A stretch of 64,000 nucleotides of DNA from Octopus sinensis. Taxonomy: Eukaryota. The notes beneath the pieces are model-generated. The model did no database searches and was not told where the DNA came from. It worked only from the letters and a program-made list of their open reading frames with translations. The stretch lies in the NCBI RefSeq assembly GCF_006345805.1, contig NC_043011.1, positions 26,176,464-26,240,463 on the forward strand. Direction: 5' to 3'. Every line of letters starts with the position of its first letter. Within the stretch, counting starts at the first letter, position 1. Both the position numbers and the translations under genes were made by a program. Of the stretch, positions 63,166 through 64,000 are shown in pieces.

Positions 63166-63933
63166 TTTTGAAGTGATGTGAAAAGGTAGGAAGCTTGGTA
63201 GGTGTCCCAGTGCTGACCTTATGTAATTAAACTGACAAAAACGTAGCTTTCCTGGTGACTTTTTTGCTAATTAATTAAAAAGTTAAAATTTCATTAACAC
63301 TGAGTTAATCCTTGTGCACTATTTACTCTCTAAAGTCAGTTGTCATTTAGTTGTTGAGTTCTAATTAAGAAAACATATAATTGAAGACATCCCGGCTGTA
63401 CCATCCCTATTTTACCCCCAAGATAGTTTATTTAAGTTTATAGTGTCTGTGTCCTTCCATTTTTTGAAATGGTTGTGTGATTTGAGGGAGATTTGGCTAC
63501 TATATCTAGTATATTGAGTGACTATGTAAAAGTTCCCTCATTTGCTAGTTGGCAGTTAGTTAATCCTGTCACTGTTTAAAGGTTATAGCTACATATGACT
63601 GATGTAAACCCTGTTGTCAGTGTTTTAATCTTGTCTCTGTATTGGCCAGTTCCTACCTACAAAGATTTTAATGTATTAATGAGTCATTTTAAAGAGTGCT
63701 GGTGCTAGTGAAGAATTGTACCTAGCCATTTTATATTTCGTTTTTATTAACAAAAGAGTTAAAATTAAAGTTAAGATTTAACTTAAGATTTTCACTTTAT
63801 CAAATCAAATATTCTCACAGTACTTTAAAGTTTATGCCATTGGGGTTCAATTACTGTAATAAATTTCTCATTTTATTTTCATTGTTATCTAAAATAGTTT
63901 AGCCAATACCTTGTATTTGCATTTTGAAACCAG

Positions 63934-64000
63934 ATTTCAAAGACAAGATCGACAACATAAATGCTGTTTGCTTCCAAAAGAATGACAGATTTGTGAATAC
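63934..64000 (+). CDS. CUL4: Cullin-4 coding exon 11, truncated by the window end (DFKDKIDNINAVCFQKNDRFVN)
   Basis: CCAG acceptor; phase 1 matches exon 10; DFKDK.D.I...CF.KN motif. Confidence 0.93.

Overview
AT-rich, microsatellite- and transposon-dense eukaryotic (animal) genomic DNA. The SINE repertoire suggests an octopus/coleoid cephalopod, which is an inference. The window holds the 5' part of one multi-exon cullin-4 gene (CUL4A/B-like) on the + strand. I traced 11 coding exons by hand (16630-18418, 43380-43599, 51499-51568, 53105-53178, 55314-55476, 56188-56277, 57939-58021, 59544-59611, 60287-60405, 62216-62291, 63934->64000); all splice phases are consistent and the gene runs off the right edge. 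Main observations: (i) intron 2 (43600-51498, 7.9 kb) is a minor-spliceosome U12 AT-AC intron (ATATCCTTT ... TTCCTTAAC-N6-AC), with an in-frame U2-type acceptor 53 nt upstream of its 3' end; (ii) exon 1 encodes a stop-free ~550-aa low-complexity extension ahead of an internal Met at which the conserved cullin-4 N-terminus begins; (iii) a CpG-retaining domain (~15.8-21 kb) contains two separate promoter-motif clusters. The rest is decayed mobile DNA: a Penelope-like element, mariner, Tigger/pogo, a Helitron helicase fossil missed by the ORF track, RTE and RLE LINE pieces, tRNA-derived SINEs, hAT/piggyBac/MULE-like MITEs and several fold-back hairpins, some with hammerhead-ribozyme-like cores. 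Most ORFs in the track are spurious. I found no clearly new biological system; the leads are ranked in the findings.
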